A DNA stretch of 64,000 bases from Planctomycetota bacterium (GCA_018242585.1 JAFEBQ010000012.1:148563-212562); one strand, 5' to 3'. Numbered from the stretch's first letter, positions 45,065 through 55,095 are shown. Notes: generated by a model from the sequence alone, not told the origin. Numbers and translations are program-made.

Positions 45065-46999
45065 TTACCGCAGCAATGCCCCAACTTCCTTGTCGAGTTC
45101 ACCGGCCGTCGCGGCCCGATTGGCGACCCGACCTTGCTTGTCGATGACCATGATGCTGGGCAGCGTCAAAATGCCCAAGGCATTGGCCAACGGGGCGTCC
45201 AAGCCCCCATCGTCGTAGATCTGCACCCACGCCAGCTTGTTCTTCTTCAGAAAGTCCTCGAGCGCCTTGCGATTGTCGTCCAGGCTGATGCCGACGATCG
45301 CGACATTCTTGCCATACTTGGCTTGCAATTGCTTGAGCGTTTCCAAGTCCCCCAGGCACGTCGGGCTGTTGCTGGCCCAATAGTGCAGGACGATGACCTT
45401 GTCGCGGAACTGGCCCAGGTTGACCGCTTGGCCCGTCAAGTTTTTGCCAGCCAGTTGGATCACCTTGCCGACCGAGTCAAGCCGCGCGATGGCGCCGGTC
45501 GCCTTTTTGGCGGGCTGGCTTTCGGGAAAGCCGGCCACGAGCTGGCCATAGACCTTCTTGGCGTCGTCTTCCTGGCCCGCGAACTCCTTGGCCACAGCCA
45601 ATTGCAACAACGCATCGGCCGTGTCGGCGACCTTGGGATACTTGCTGATAAAGGCTTGCAGGCCATCGAGCCAGCGCTGCTGCGTTTTGACGAAGTCCAT
45701 CTTCGGATCGCTGACGCGGACGCCGTAATCGGCCTGCAAAAAGCGGTATTCGACAAAGGCGGCCAGTTCGGCGTCGGCCGGGTTGGCCTCGAGCTTCTTG
45801 GCCGTCGCTTCCAGAATGGCGACTCCTTCGGGGAACTCGCCCATCTGGGCCGCGGCGCTGCAGGTGTCGGCCAGTTGGCGGACCCACAACGCCCGAGTTT
45901 CACCCGTGGTCTGACGAATCAGGTCGTCGAGGAGCTTGGCTCGCTGGGCGTGCAGCGCCGGCTTTTTGGCGGCCACGGCGGCGCCAAGTTCCTGATCGAG
46001 CTTTTCGACCTTGGCCATCAGATCGGTGACTTCGGCTGGCTGGCTACCGTCGGTGCCGCCAGGTCCAGCCGGCATCTCGGGGCGTGGCGTCGCCTCGCTC
46101 GAAAAGAAAAAGCCCGAGCCGGCGGCCAGTTCGTTCGAGTCGCTGGGGGCCGGCGGCGCATCGATCAAACGCCAGCTATCTCCCACGCGGACCAAGGTGC
46201 CGACCATGATTTGTTCGTGCTTGTCGTCCAGTTGGACCATGGCCGCCACGTTCTCGTAAGCGACGACGTCCTTGGTCGCGCCAGCAGTGCCAGCAGGAAC
46301 CAGCCCCGGCAGCGTGCCGCCAAAGTGCGTCCAGCGCAGCTTGTTGCCCGCCGAGGCGAAACGCGTGGCCGATTCTTTCTTGGAACTGACAAAGGTGCGG
46401 AACTTGTCGCCGGCCGCTTGGACCTGCTTCTTCAGCGTTTCGGATTGTTCCGTACCAAGCCCGAGCGAGGCGATTTCGTCTTCGGTGATCAGCACGCGAT
46501 TGAAGCGGGCCGAGTCCCGATCGCCGATGGCGCGGACCAACTCGGCCGAGACTTCTTCGGCCGAAATCAGCTTCCAGCTATCGATCTTGCCGTCTTCGTT
46601 CGCGTCGATCCCCCAGCGGGTGCCGGCCGAATTGAGCCAGCGCAGTTGGTCGGCCTTGCCGTTGAAATTCAGATCGATATCGCGGTAGACCTCGATGCCG
46701 TTCAGGTAATAGCACCACTGATCGACGACGTTGTCGTTGTTCGTATCGACAAAGCGGCGGAGTATCCGCGCTTCGGCGTCGCGCACCACCCACCCCGTGT
46801 GGCCGTTGATCTGCTCGGCTTTGATCGTGCATTTGGCCGCGACATCGGCCGCGGGGCGATCGTATTCCACATCGCGCTGCGTCGGCTGAAGCTGCAAGGC
46901 ATCGGTGGCCGTCGGATTGGCGGCCCAGACCGAGTCGGCGTTCGAAGCGGCGGCCGCGACCAGGGCGGCGCGCAACCAGCGTTGACGATTGGGACTCAT
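45065..46999 (-). CDS. Secreted protein with EF-hand-like Asp-rich repeats and a C-terminal TlpA/thioredoxin-like domain (active site SxxC)
   Basis: I moved the start to ATG 46999 (MSPNRQRWLRAALVAAAA). The DTNNDNVVD and DANEDGKID motifs are EF-hand-like. The C-terminal block VIVLHYWASNSPTCLGDLETLKQL...TLPSIMVIDKQGRV is a TlpA-like fold with SPTC in place of CxxC. Confidence 0.75.
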   Translation of the reverse strand: MSPNRQRWLRAALVAAAASNADSVWAANPTATDALQLQPTQRDVEYDRPAADVAAKCTIKAEQINGHTGWVVRDAEARILRRFVDTNNDNVVDQWCYYLNGIEVYRDIDLNFNGKADQLRWLNSAGTRWGIDANEDGKIDSWKLISAEEVSAELVRAIGDRDSARFNRVLITEDEIASLGLGTEQSETLKKQVQAAGDKFRTFVSSKKESATRFASAGNKLRWTHFGGTLPGLVPAGTAGATKDVVAYENVAAMVQLDDKHEQIMVGTLVRVGDSWRLIDAPPAPSDSNELAAGSGFFFSSEATPRPEMPAGPGGTDGSQPAEVTDLMAKVEKLDQELGAAVAAKKPALHAQRAKLLDDLIRQTTGETRALWVRQLADTCSAAAQMGEFPEGVAILEATAKKLEANPADAELAAFVEYRFLQADYGVRVSDPKMDFVKTQQRWLDGLQAFISKYPKVADTADALLQLAVAKEFAGQEDDAKKVYGQLVAGFPESQPAKKATGAIARLDSVGKVIQLAGKNLTGQAVNLGQFRDKVIVLHYWASNSPTCLGDLETLKQLQAKYGKNVAIVGISLDDNRKALEDFLKKNKLAWVQIYDDGGLDAPLANALGILTLPSIMVIDKQGRVANRAATAGELDKEVGALLR

Positions 47000-47457
47000 C
47001 GGTCGTGTTACCTCGCTAGGAAGGACAGATCGAGTCGGGCCGGACGTTTCCGTTTCGAGCGCGCGAGCGCCCGACGATACGTGGCCGGCGACGGGTTGGT
47101 TCAAGGGTTTTGTGCGTGTACCATTTGCGCACGCCACTGCTGGCTTGGGCGAACGCCGGCGGTAGCGGTGCTGGCGTTCGCAGGCCGAGCGCGTCTGGCG
47201 TGTAGGTGGAGCTAATCTTCGGAAGGCCGGGCTTGGCAACATAAGCCGTTTGTGCCGGTTTTTCCGGTCAGGCGACGTTTACCGCCGCTGGCAAGGCTAT
47301 AGGTATTTGCAATCCCTGCTCGCTTTCCTTCGCCACCTGCAAACTGGGCTGACGCCGAACGACTTCCTCCGCCTGCCCGCCTCCCTCCGTGCAACCCTCC
47401 GCGTCTCCGTGCCACCGTGGCAAAACATTCCCGGTTTTCACCGTAAACCAGGGGCAT

Positions 47458-47485
47458 TTGACAGCTTGGGTCTTGATTCTAAAAT
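47458..47485 (+). promoter_or_regulatory. Sigma70-like promoter upstream of the tRNA-Ile/tRNA-Ala pair
   Basis: TTGACA (47458-47463), a 16-nt spacer, then TAAAAT (47480-47485). This is about 150 nt upstream of tRNA-Ile. Confidence 0.4.
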
Positions 47486-47636
47486 GATGGGCTCGCCCCG
47501 ACCGGCTCCTTTTCGCTGGACGGAGCGAAGGCAGAAGGTAGCTTTGGACCACCGTACTCGGGGGCATGAGCCGGCAACGTAGGTCGCCGGCAAGCGTCGC
47601 CCAGGTGGTGGTCCGCTAGCAAGTTGGCAGTTCCGA

Positions 47637-47710
47637 GCGCGCGTAGCTCAGTTGGTTAGAGCGCAGCCCTGATAAGGCTGAGGTCCCAAGTTCGAGTCTT
47701 GGCGCGCGCA
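47637..47710 (+). tRNA. tRNA-Ile (anticodon GAU)
   Basis: Hand-folded cloverleaf: acceptor GCGCGCG/CGCGCGC, D-arm gctc-agttggtta-gagc, anticodon stem cagcc/ggctg with loop ctGATaa, T-arm ccaag-ttcgagt-cttgg, discriminator A. CCA is not encoded. Confidence 0.9.
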
Positions 47711-47843
47711 TTTTCTGGCGTCGATCCGCGGAGGCGGAGCGACGCGACCGGCAGTAATCGTTCAAACACCGCGATCGTTCAACCGCCGCTCCTGTGCGGT
47801 GCTCGTTCCCAGGCGAGCGAAGGATCGATTCACGACCCACCTT

Positions 47844-47916
<73 letters not shown>

Positions 47917-47921
47917 CTGGC

Positions 47922-47998
47922 TTGTCAGTTGTCCGTGGTCAGTTGCACTCCAATGGAACGCCTTTCGCAACTGACAACTGGCCACGGACAACTGACAA
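47922..47998. repeat. Long hairpin of the TTGTCAGTTGTCCGTGG repeat family directly after tRNA-Ala
   Basis: The left arm is 47922-47946 and the right arm 47967-47998. Pairing is 17 bp plus 8 bp perfect, with a 7-nt bulge and a 20-nt loop. No U-run follows. Confidence 0.65.
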
Positions 47999-48029
47999 AG
48001 GCGAGAAACTCTGCGCTCGTCCCTGATGG

Positions 48030-49451
48030 TCATTCCTCAGCGCAATACATCAGCAGATTCGTCGTCGTTTTCCAGAGCATGAATCTGGACTTCATGGCCG
48101 ACGACACTGGCTCGGGCCAGACCCAGTTGGCCGGCGCGGGTCGCGACAGAATCAGCAGCTTGATCTTGCCGCGGTGAATGTCCTCGGCCAGCGGTTCGGC
48201 GTCGAGCGTGCCGTTGGCCGCTCGCAGGTAATACGCGAACGGATCGTTCACCCGCGGCTCGACACTGGCGGCCAGGGCCAGATCGACCAGTCGATCTTCG
48301 ACAAGCAACTCGCCATCGCTCACGCCCAGTTGTTGAATGGCCGTACGGACGTGTTCGTATTCGATCGGCGCCTCGCGCCGGTCGTTCGGCAGGGCCATCA
48401 TTTCACGCGCCGGGTGAACGGCCGCCGCGGCTGCCAAGACGCCAATGCCGATCAACGTGCGAAACCGGTTGATCGACGCCAGCGGCGCAAAGCCGTGCTC
48501 GACCACGACCACGGCCACCCAGCAGGATGGTTCGAGCAGATAGTTAACCGACGAGCCGAGCTTGCACCCCATCACGACCTGGTAAAGAAAACTCGTCACC
48601 AGGGCTACCGCCGGTAGCGACTGGCTGAGCCGGACGCCATTGAGCCGGGCATGTATCAGCACCGCCACGGCCGCCACGCCCAATGGCGAGATCACCAGCC
48701 GGGTGCCGAGTTTCAGTCCCTCGCTCACGCGCATGGCGGCCAGTTGCGAGTTGATGGCCGCGTCGAGCCAATAGCCGTGCGAACCAAAATGAAGCCCTCC
48801 CCAGGCCAGCGCGCCCAGCAGCCCGACCAGCGCCAGATACTTGCTGGCCCAGCGCGATTCCCCCTGACACCACCAATAGACCGCCACCGGCAAGGCCGAG
48901 CAGGCGGCGGTTTGTCGCGCCAGCGACGCAATCACAACCAGCACGGCCGACGCGACCATCGCCCGAGTGTCGGCTTTTTTTGCGGCGACGATCGTGGCGG
49001 CCGCCGTGAACAGCAGGGCCGTGGCATCGACGCGCGCGAAGGGAATCCACTCGGCCACCGGCACGCCGACCAGCACGAACAGCACGGTGACTAGCCCCAA
49101 CTCAGGCAATCGCGTTCGCCGATAGACCCAAGCGCCCAATAGCGCCGCGGTTAACAACATAGCGACCAGACTGATCACACGCCCCGGCGTCAACGAAGGC
49201 CGCTCGGCGAACGAGCCTGCCCAGGCGACCGCCCGATAATACAGCGGACCGTAGGAGGCGATCGTGTACTCGGGGCCTTCGAACCAGGCGTGGGTCGGCG
49301 ACTCGTGGCGCATCCGCGCGGCGACGGCCAGCAGCGGTCCTTCGCAGTTGTCGCGCCACTGCAGGTTGACCGTTCGCGCGGCATAGCACGTCGCCACGGT
49401 CGCCAGCGCGGCCAGCAAGACGATCGCAATCAAATAGCGAAGCGCGGCCAT
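48030..49451 (-). CDS. Polytopic membrane protein, possibly a GT-C-type (ArnT/PMT-like) glycosyltransferase
   Basis: 473 aa with at least 10 hydrophobic segments and a soluble C-terminal domain of about 110 aa. The function is a guess from architecture only. Confidence 0.55.
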   Translation of the reverse strand: MAALRYLIAIVLLAALATVATCYAARTVNLQWRDNCEGPLLAVAARMRHESPTHAWFEGPEYTIASYGPLYYRAVAWAGSFAERPSLTPGRVISLVAMLLTAALLGAWVYRRTRLPELGLVTVLFVLVGVPVAEWIPFARVDATALLFTAAATIVAAKKADTRAMVASAVLVVIASLARQTAACSALPVAVYWWCQGESRWASKYLALVGLLGALAWGGLHFGSHGYWLDAAINSQLAAMRVSEGLKLGTRLVISPLGVAAVAVLIHARLNGVRLSQSLPAVALVTSFLYQVVMGCKLGSSVNYLLEPSCWVAVVVVEHGFAPLASINRFRTLIGIGVLAAAAAVHPAREMMALPNDRREAPIEYEHVRTAIQQLGVSDGELLVEDRLVDLALAASVEPRVNDPFAYYLRAANGTLDAEPLAEDIHRGKIKLLILSRPAPANWVWPEPVSSAMKSRFMLWKTTTNLLMYCAEE

Positions 49452-49579
49452 AGCCCCGAGCGCTCAAGGAACCGAGTTGCCCCCGCCTTGAAGATACCCG
49501 AACGCTCGCCGCAGGTCAGGTATCTTGTTCCTAACGAATGGAATTGGGCACCTCGCCACGAGGGCAATCCGAATCGAAG

Positions 49580-49659
49580 GGTGGCACGGCCGCTAGCCGG
49601 CCGTGTTGCGCAGCAACAAGAAGAATTAGCGACATCGCAGGTGTTTCTTGTCGCTGCGC
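49580..49659. repeat. GGTGGCAC-hairpin-GTGTTGCGCAGCAACAAGAA repeat unit
   Basis: It consists of GGTGGCAC (49580-49587), the palindrome ggccgctagccggcc, and then a 20-mer (49603-49622) identical to 9715-9734. The 15-bp stem 49608-49622 / 49645-49659 has one mismatch. Confidence 0.6.
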
Positions 49660-49729
49660 GACCCAGCCGGCAAGCGGCTGGGCCATCCGTGTCGAACACT
49701 GGTGCATTGGCGACGTAAAACCGCGGCGA

Positions 49730-50902
49730 CTATACCGAATCCTGGCTCCAGCCCTTGGTGGCCCCTTGAATGGCCGCGGCGATAGCGCCCAGACGTTTGT
49801 TCCCGCGGGCACGGATGATGCGACATTCGGCAAAGCTGGGGTTCAAGGCTCGGCGCTCGGTTCGGGCCGCGAAATCGGCGAACGATGCGTCGTCCAGGTC
49901 GAACATCCGGCCAAAAACGAACAAGTGGCTCGGATTGAAAATGTTGATCACCGCGGCCGCGCCAACCGCCAGATAGTCGAGTACGCGGTTGAGTTGCGCG
50001 CGGACGTCGACCTGGCCCGCCTGCACGGCGGCGCTCAACTCGTCGATCGTCCACTCGCGACCGGTTGCCTGGTTCACTGCGTTCAGCAGCGCCGTGTCGG
50101 TGGCTTCGGTTTCCAAACAGCCCTGATTGCCACAGCCACACTGCCAGCCGTCGAGCTTGACGGTGATGTGCCCGATCTCGCCTGCCAGCCCCCCTGCCCC
50201 GCGCAGCAGGCGGCCGGCGTGAATCACCCCCATGCCGAGCCCCGCCGAAATATCCAGCAGGGCAAAGTCGCTGGCCCGCCCCGCTTCACCGAACATCTGC
50301 TCGGCCAGGCACAAGGCATGACATTCTTGAAGCACCAGGGTATCGACCTGCAATCGCTCGCGCAGGTCGACCGCCAGGTTATGGCCATCGAGCTGGTGCA
50401 AGTTCGGCGAGACGATCGATGTCCCCTGCCGGCGGTCGATCAAGCCCGGCACGCTCAGACCGACGCCCAGCACGGTCGTGCCGCGGGCAGTCATCAACGC
50501 GCGGGCTTGCTGCACGCACTGGTGCAGCAGTTCGTGATAATCGGCGGGGGTCTCAAATCGCCGGATGTCGCGTTCGTCAATCGTACCATCGAGCCCCGCG
50601 GCAACTAGCTCGCACGACTGGGCGTCGATCACACAGCCAATCACACAGACATTCTTGGACGCCAGCCGGACGAGTTTCCCCGGCCGACCGACCGAGGCCT
50701 GCTTGGGGTACTGCTCTTCGAGCAATCGCGCAGCCAGCAACGTGCCGACCACGCGCGTGACCGTGGGCCCGCTAATACCGGTGCGGCGGGAGATGTCGGC
50801 GCGAGAGAGGGGGCCGTGCTCTTGCAACGTCGCCAGCACCTGCCGCTGGTTCAGTTCGCGCAACAGAGACGGGACAGCTTTCGACGAGGGAGCGCGGGGC
50901 AT
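49730..50902 (-). CDS. ROK-family transcriptional regulator (NagC/XylR type)
   Basis: I moved the start to ATG 50902. The N-terminal wHTH is LSRADISRRTGISGPTVTRVV. The ROK blocks are GLSVPGLID and the zinc motif CGCGNQGCLE. Confidence 0.85.
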   Translation of the reverse strand: MPRAPSSKAVPSLLRELNQRQVLATLQEHGPLSRADISRRTGISGPTVTRVVGTLLAARLLEEQYPKQASVGRPGKLVRLASKNVCVIGCVIDAQSCELVAAGLDGTIDERDIRRFETPADYHELLHQCVQQARALMTARGTTVLGVGLSVPGLIDRRQGTSIVSPNLHQLDGHNLAVDLRERLQVDTLVLQECHALCLAEQMFGEAGRASDFALLDISAGLGMGVIHAGRLLRGAGGLAGEIGHITVKLDGWQCGCGNQGCLETEATDTALLNAVNQATGREWTIDELSAAVQAGQVDVRAQLNRVLDYLAVGAAAVINIFNPSHLFVFGRMFDLDDASFADFAARTERRALNPSFAECRIIRARGNKRLGAIAAAIQGATKGWSQDSV

Positions 50903-51317
50903 CAAGGTAGACCTGCCTTTTTGATAAACCTTGGTCGCTAGTGGATCGAAACGGTAGGCGTGAGCAGATGGCGGGAGTTGTCGACAATCGGGGCGGGCGA
51001 AGGCGGGCGGGCGAAAAAGCTGTTGCATTGTATCAGACCGAATATTAGATTCAAACCTTTAGAAATTATTTATTGCCCGAGTTTCCCGAGGTTTTGCTGC
51101 GGATTTGGCGGTTTTTCGCTCCTGCCTGATAAGCGATAGGCCGGGCGATCGCCACCGATCCACTGACCGAATTCGTGCCGTGTACGGATCGGCTGCCGTA
51201 ACATGGAAGCATGTCGTCGAGGGCCGCGAGACCGAAAGCGACAGTGACCTTCCCGCCTGACAGCCGATTGCACCCGCCCCCACCGAGTCATTCGTTCCCC
51301 TCGCGCCGAGAGAGCTG

Positions 51318-54300
51318 ATGAGCAAGCGCCACCAAGCAGATCGACGAGGCTTCGCGGTTCGCGCAACGACGGCGTTCGGCTTTTGTGCGTTGCTGCTCGG
51401 TGCGGTGTTGTTCAACGGAGTGGGGTTCGTAGTCCAGGCGGCCGAAGAGCCCGCCGCGCCGCCAGCCAATCCGCCGGTCGTACAGGCTCAAGAGAACACC
51501 TCCCCCGAGGCGCTGGCTCAAGCCGAGCGGTTTTTTGAAAGTAAGATTCGCCCGGCGCTGCATGAGCATTGTCTGAAGTGTCACGGCGCCGAGAAGCAAA
51601 AAGGTGGCCTGCGTCTCGACACGCTTGGCGCGATGCTTACGGGCGGCGACTCCGGCGCGGCCATCGTGCCGGGCGATGTAGCGCACAGCCCGCTGATTCA
51701 AGCAATCGAGTACGGCGAAGACTTCGTCCAGATGCCGCCGAGCAAGAAGCTCCCCGAGGGGGTGATCGCCGACTTCCGCACCTGGATCAAGTTGGGCGCT
51801 CCCTGGCCCGGAGCGGAAAAGGAAGCGGCCGCCGCCCGCCCGCAACCCAAATCGAAAGACATCACCGACGAAGATCGAAAGTATTGGGCCTATCAACCCG
51901 TCCGCCAGCCCAAGTTGCCGAAGAGCGCCCGCGCGGGCTGGGACACCAACCCGATCGACATGCTGATCGACGCGCGACTGCAAGCCAAAGGCCTCGCGCC
52001 GAACCCGCGGGCCAGCAAGGTCCAACTGATTCGCCGCGCGTATTTCGATCTGATCGGTTTGCCGCCGACGCCCGAGGAAGTGGCCAAGTTCGTGGCCGAT
52101 GAATCTCCCGGGGCGTTTGCCCGCGTGATCGACGATTTGCTTGCCCGGCCGCAATACGGCGAGCGTTGGGCGCGCCACTGGCTTGACGTGGTTCGCTACG
52201 CCCAATCGAACGGCTATGAACGCGACAGCGAAAAACCCTTCGCCTGGCGCTATCGCGATTACGTGATTCGCTCGTTGAACGCCGACAAGCCTTACCATCA
52301 GTTCTTGCTCGAACAGTTGGCCGGTGACGAACTGGACGAAGTCACCGACGATAGCTTGATCGCCACCGGCTACTACCGGCTGGGCGTGTGGGACGATGAA
52401 CCCGACGACGCGCGGATGGCCGAGTTCGACGCGCTGGACGATGTGATCGTGACGACCGGAGCGGCCATGCTGGGCATGACCGTCGGCTGTGCCCGCTGCC
52501 ACGATCATCGGCTCGATCCAATTCCGCAAACCGATTACTACCGGCTGCTGGCGTTCTTTCGTAACGTGCGCCCCTTTGACGGCAACCGCGCGACCGAAGG
52601 GGCCTCGGGGTTCTTGCCTCTGGGAGATCGCGAGCGCGCGGCGCAACACTTTGCCGCCGTCAACGAGCGGATCAAGCCGCTGGAAGAGCAAATCAAAACG
52701 GCCAATGAGAAGACCAAGAAAGCGCTGCGCAAAGAGATCGACCGGCTGCGCAACGACGCCGGCGCTAAAGTCGAGTGGGCCCTTTGCGTGCGCGAGCGCG
52801 GCGATCAACCGACCCATGTTCTCATCCGCGGCAATTCCGGCTCGCCCGGCGAGGAAGTGCAGCCGGGCTTTCCCACGGTGCTGGGAAGCGCGACGCCCGA
52901 GATTAGCAAGCCGAAGTCCGGCGCATCGAGCGGTCGCCGATTGGCGCTGGCCCGCTGGATCACCGATCCGAGTCATCCGCTGACCGCTCGCGTGATGGCG
53001 AACCGCGTGTGGCACTATCACTTTGGCCGCGGTATCGTCAAAACGACGACCGATTTCGGCCACGGCGGGCAACTGCCCACTCATCCCGAGCTGCTCGATT
53101 GGCTGGCCAGCGAGTTCCAGCAGTCGGGCTGGTCGATCAAACGGCTGCATCGCTCGATCATGCTCAGCGAAGCGTACCAGATGTCGTCGCGAGCTGATCG
53201 CGCCGACGCGCTGGCCGCCGATCCGGCGAACGATCTGTTCTGGCGACAGAACCTGCGACGACTGGAAGCCGAGACGATTCGCGATTCGATCTTGGCCGTC
53301 AGTGGCCAATTGAAAGACGTGCCGGGAGGTCGCGGGTTCTTTCCGCACCTCGGGGGCGAAGTGCTGGCCGGTGGTTCGCGCCCCGGCGACGGCTGGGCCA
53401 CGTCGACGCCGCGCGAGCAATCGCGGCGGAGCATCTACGCCTTTATCAAGCGCTCGATGGTGCCGCCGATCTTCGAAGGGTTCGACTACGCCAACACCGC
53501 GGCCCCGCTGGGCGAGCGCCCGACCACGACCGTCGCGCCCCAGGCGCTGATGCTGCTGAACGACCGTTTCGTCCAGGACCAGGCGACGGCCCTGGCGCGG
53601 CGCATTGTCGAGTCGAAGCCGGACACCGCCAGCAATGACCCCGATGTCCAGATTCAGCGCCTGTTTCAATTGACGCTCAATCGAGCACCGACCGAGCGCG
53701 AGCGGCAAGCGGCGCTCGAATACCTGGACCGCCAGACTGGCGCTTACGCGCTCCTGGAATCGCGGCTGACATTCGCTCCCGACGTGCCGTTGTCGCTGCA
53801 CCGCAGCTACTTGGACAAGTTGCAGCCGGCCGACATTCTGATCGGTCCACGACAGGGGTGGAACTTTTATCGCGGCCGCTGGACCGGCGGCTATGAAGGG
53901 ATCATGACCGTCGAACGCCAGCGCGGGCCGTTTGCCCTTTGGTTGGGGCCGGCGTTCGCCGATGGAACGATCACGGCAAATGTCACGCTGCAAAATGCCG
54001 TCGAGTTCGGCTCGTTGATCTTCCGCGCGGCCGCCGAAGGAGAAGTTTTCCGCGGCTATGAAGTCGAGCTGAACGCCCGCGAGCAGTCGATCGCCCTGCG
54101 GCGTCACGGGGCGGATGTGACGCTGCTGGCCAATGTCGACGCGGTGCTGCCGGTGGGCAAGCCGATGCCGGTGAAGATCGAGGTACGCGGCGCGCAGATT
54201 CGTGTTTTTGTCGCGCACGAGCGCGAACCGCTAGTCGAGGTGACCGATCCGCAGCCGTTGCGCGACAGTGGTCGCTTGGGCGCGCGGTCGTGGGGCGCCG

Positions 54301-55025
54301 CGATGCACTTGGATAATCTAAAGGTTCACGCCGACGGGCGCGTGTTGGACGTGGCGCGAATGACACCTGCGGCCGAGGCCGGCGCGCCGAGCACGACGCC
54401 ACCGGCGGGTTGGCGACTGTACGGCGGTCGCTGGCAATTGCACGACGACAGCTACACGGCCGAACCGTCGCCAGGGGCCAAGGCTGTCTGGGACGGCGGC
54501 CCGCTGGCCGACGGTGTGATCGAGGCCGACTTCAAATTGCTTGCGCCGGGTGGCGACGCGGGGCTGGTGCTGCGTGTGTCGCAGCCGACCGACGGGGTCG
54601 ACGCGCTGAATGCCTATAATATCAACTTTCAGCCCGGCGCGCTCCGGCTGGGCAAGCATCGCAACAACTGGAAACAGTTGGTGCGCGTGCCATTGGACCT
54701 GGGCGTCGATCGCTGGCACCACGTGCGCGTGGACCTGGCCGGCGACCGAATCAAGATCACGATCGACAGGGCCGAGAAGCCGCAAATCGATTACACCGAC
54801 GAGCAGCCCTTGCCGCCGGGGAATGTCGGCTTGCGAACGATGAACGCGAAGTTCGTGACGAAGAACCTGACGGTGACGGCGGGTGGCAAAACGACACTCG
54901 CTGAGTTCAAGCCAACGAAGACCGAGCCTGTGGCCGTCGTCGCTGGCCCCACGCCGCGCGAGCGCGCCCTGGCGTCGTTGTGTTTGTTGATGTTTAACTT
55001 GAATGAGTTTGTCTACGTGGATTGA
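51318..55025 (+). CDS. Planctomycete cytochrome-c (PSCyt) / DUF1549 / DUF1553 protein with two inserted concanavalin-like (DUF1080-type) modules
   Basis: It has a signal peptide and the heme-binding block CLKCHGAEKQKGGLRLD. The DUF1549 block is RRAYFDLIGLPPTPEEV, and the DUF1553 blocks are CARCHDHRLDPI and the terminal LMFNLNEFVYVD. Two modules of about 170 aa begin GWNFYRGRW and GWRLYGGRW. Confidence 0.9.
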   Translation: MSKRHQADRRGFAVRATTAFGFCALLLGAVLFNGVGFVVQAAEEPAAPPANPPVVQAQENTSPEALAQAERFFESKIRPALHEHCLKCHGAEKQKGGLRLDTLGAMLTGGDSGAAIVPGDVAHSPLIQAIEYGEDFVQMPPSKKLPEGVIADFRTWIKLGAPWPGAEKEAAAARPQPKSKDITDEDRKYWAYQPVRQPKLPKSARAGWDTNPIDMLIDARLQAKGLAPNPRASKVQLIRRAYFDLIGLPPTPEEVAKFVADESPGAFARVIDDLLARPQYGERWARHWLDVVRYAQSNGYERDSEKPFAWRYRDYVIRSLNADKPYHQFLLEQLAGDELDEVTDDSLIATGYYRLGVWDDEPDDARMAEFDALDDVIVTTGAAMLGMTVGCARCHDHRLDPIPQTDYYRLLAFFRNVRPFDGNRATEGASGFLPLGDRERAAQHFAAVNERIKPLEEQIKTANEKTKKALRKEIDRLRNDAGAKVEWALCVRERGDQPTHVLIRGNSGSPGEEVQPGFPTVLGSATPEISKPKSGASSGRRLALARWITDPSHPLTARVMANRVWHYHFGRGIVKTTTDFGHGGQLPTHPELLDWLASEFQQSGWSIKRLHRSIMLSEAYQMSSRADRADALAADPANDLFWRQNLRRLEAETIRDSILAVSGQLKDVPGGRGFFPHLGGEVLAGGSRPGDGWATSTPREQSRRSIYAFIKRSMVPPIFEGFDYANTAAPLGERPTTTVAPQALMLLNDRFVQDQATALARRIVESKPDTASNDPDVQIQRLFQLTLNRAPTERERQAALEYLDRQTGAYALLESRLTFAPDVPLSLHRSYLDKLQPADILIGPRQGWNFYRGRWTGGYEGIMTVERQRGPFALWLGPAFADGTITANVTLQNAVEFGSLIFRAAAEGEVFRGYEVELNAREQSIALRRHGADVTLLANVDAVLPVGKPMPVKIEVRGAQIRVFVAHEREPLVEVTDPQPLRDSGRLGARSWGAAMHLDNLKVHADGRVLDVARMTPAAEAGAPSTTPPAGWRLYGGRWQLHDDSYTAEPSPGAKAVWDGGPLADGVIEADFKLLAPGGDAGLVLRVSQPTDGVDALNAYNINFQPGALRLGKHRNNWKQLVRVPLDLGVDRWHHVRVDLAGDRIKITIDRAEKPQIDYTDEQPLPPGNVGLRTMNAKFVTKNLTVTAGGKTTLAEFKPTKTEPVAVVAGPTPRERALASLCLLMFNLNEFVYVD

Positions 55026-55035
55026 TGGAAGAGGT

Positions 55036-55064
55036 GGGGGCGTGGGGGTGTTGGGGGGTGGGGG
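55036..55064. repeat. G-run tract (four runs of 5-6 G) upstream of the four-helix-bundle gene
   Basis: ggggg c gt ggggg tgtt gggggg t ggggg. It is the imperfect inverted counterpart of the CCCCCACT array at 55513-55544 and fits a G-quadruplex-type pattern. Confidence 0.7.
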
Positions 55065-55095
55065 AGCAAAGGACTTGCTGTACTGAGGCACTACG

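Noticed and set aside
45134-47215. 693-aa plus-strand ORF
   Set aside because: It is antisense to the thioredoxin-like gene 45065-46999, which has a signal peptide and a TlpA-fold block. The plus-strand product is low-complexity and Arg/Gly/Leu-rich.
51288-54218. 976-aa minus-strand ORF, the second-longest in the window
   Set aside because: It lies exactly antisense to the PSCyt/DUF1549/DUF1553 gene, whose product has clear family motifs and a signal peptide. The antisense translation is Arg/Gly/Ala-rich with no recognisable domain, which is typical of a shadow ORF in G+C-rich DNA.
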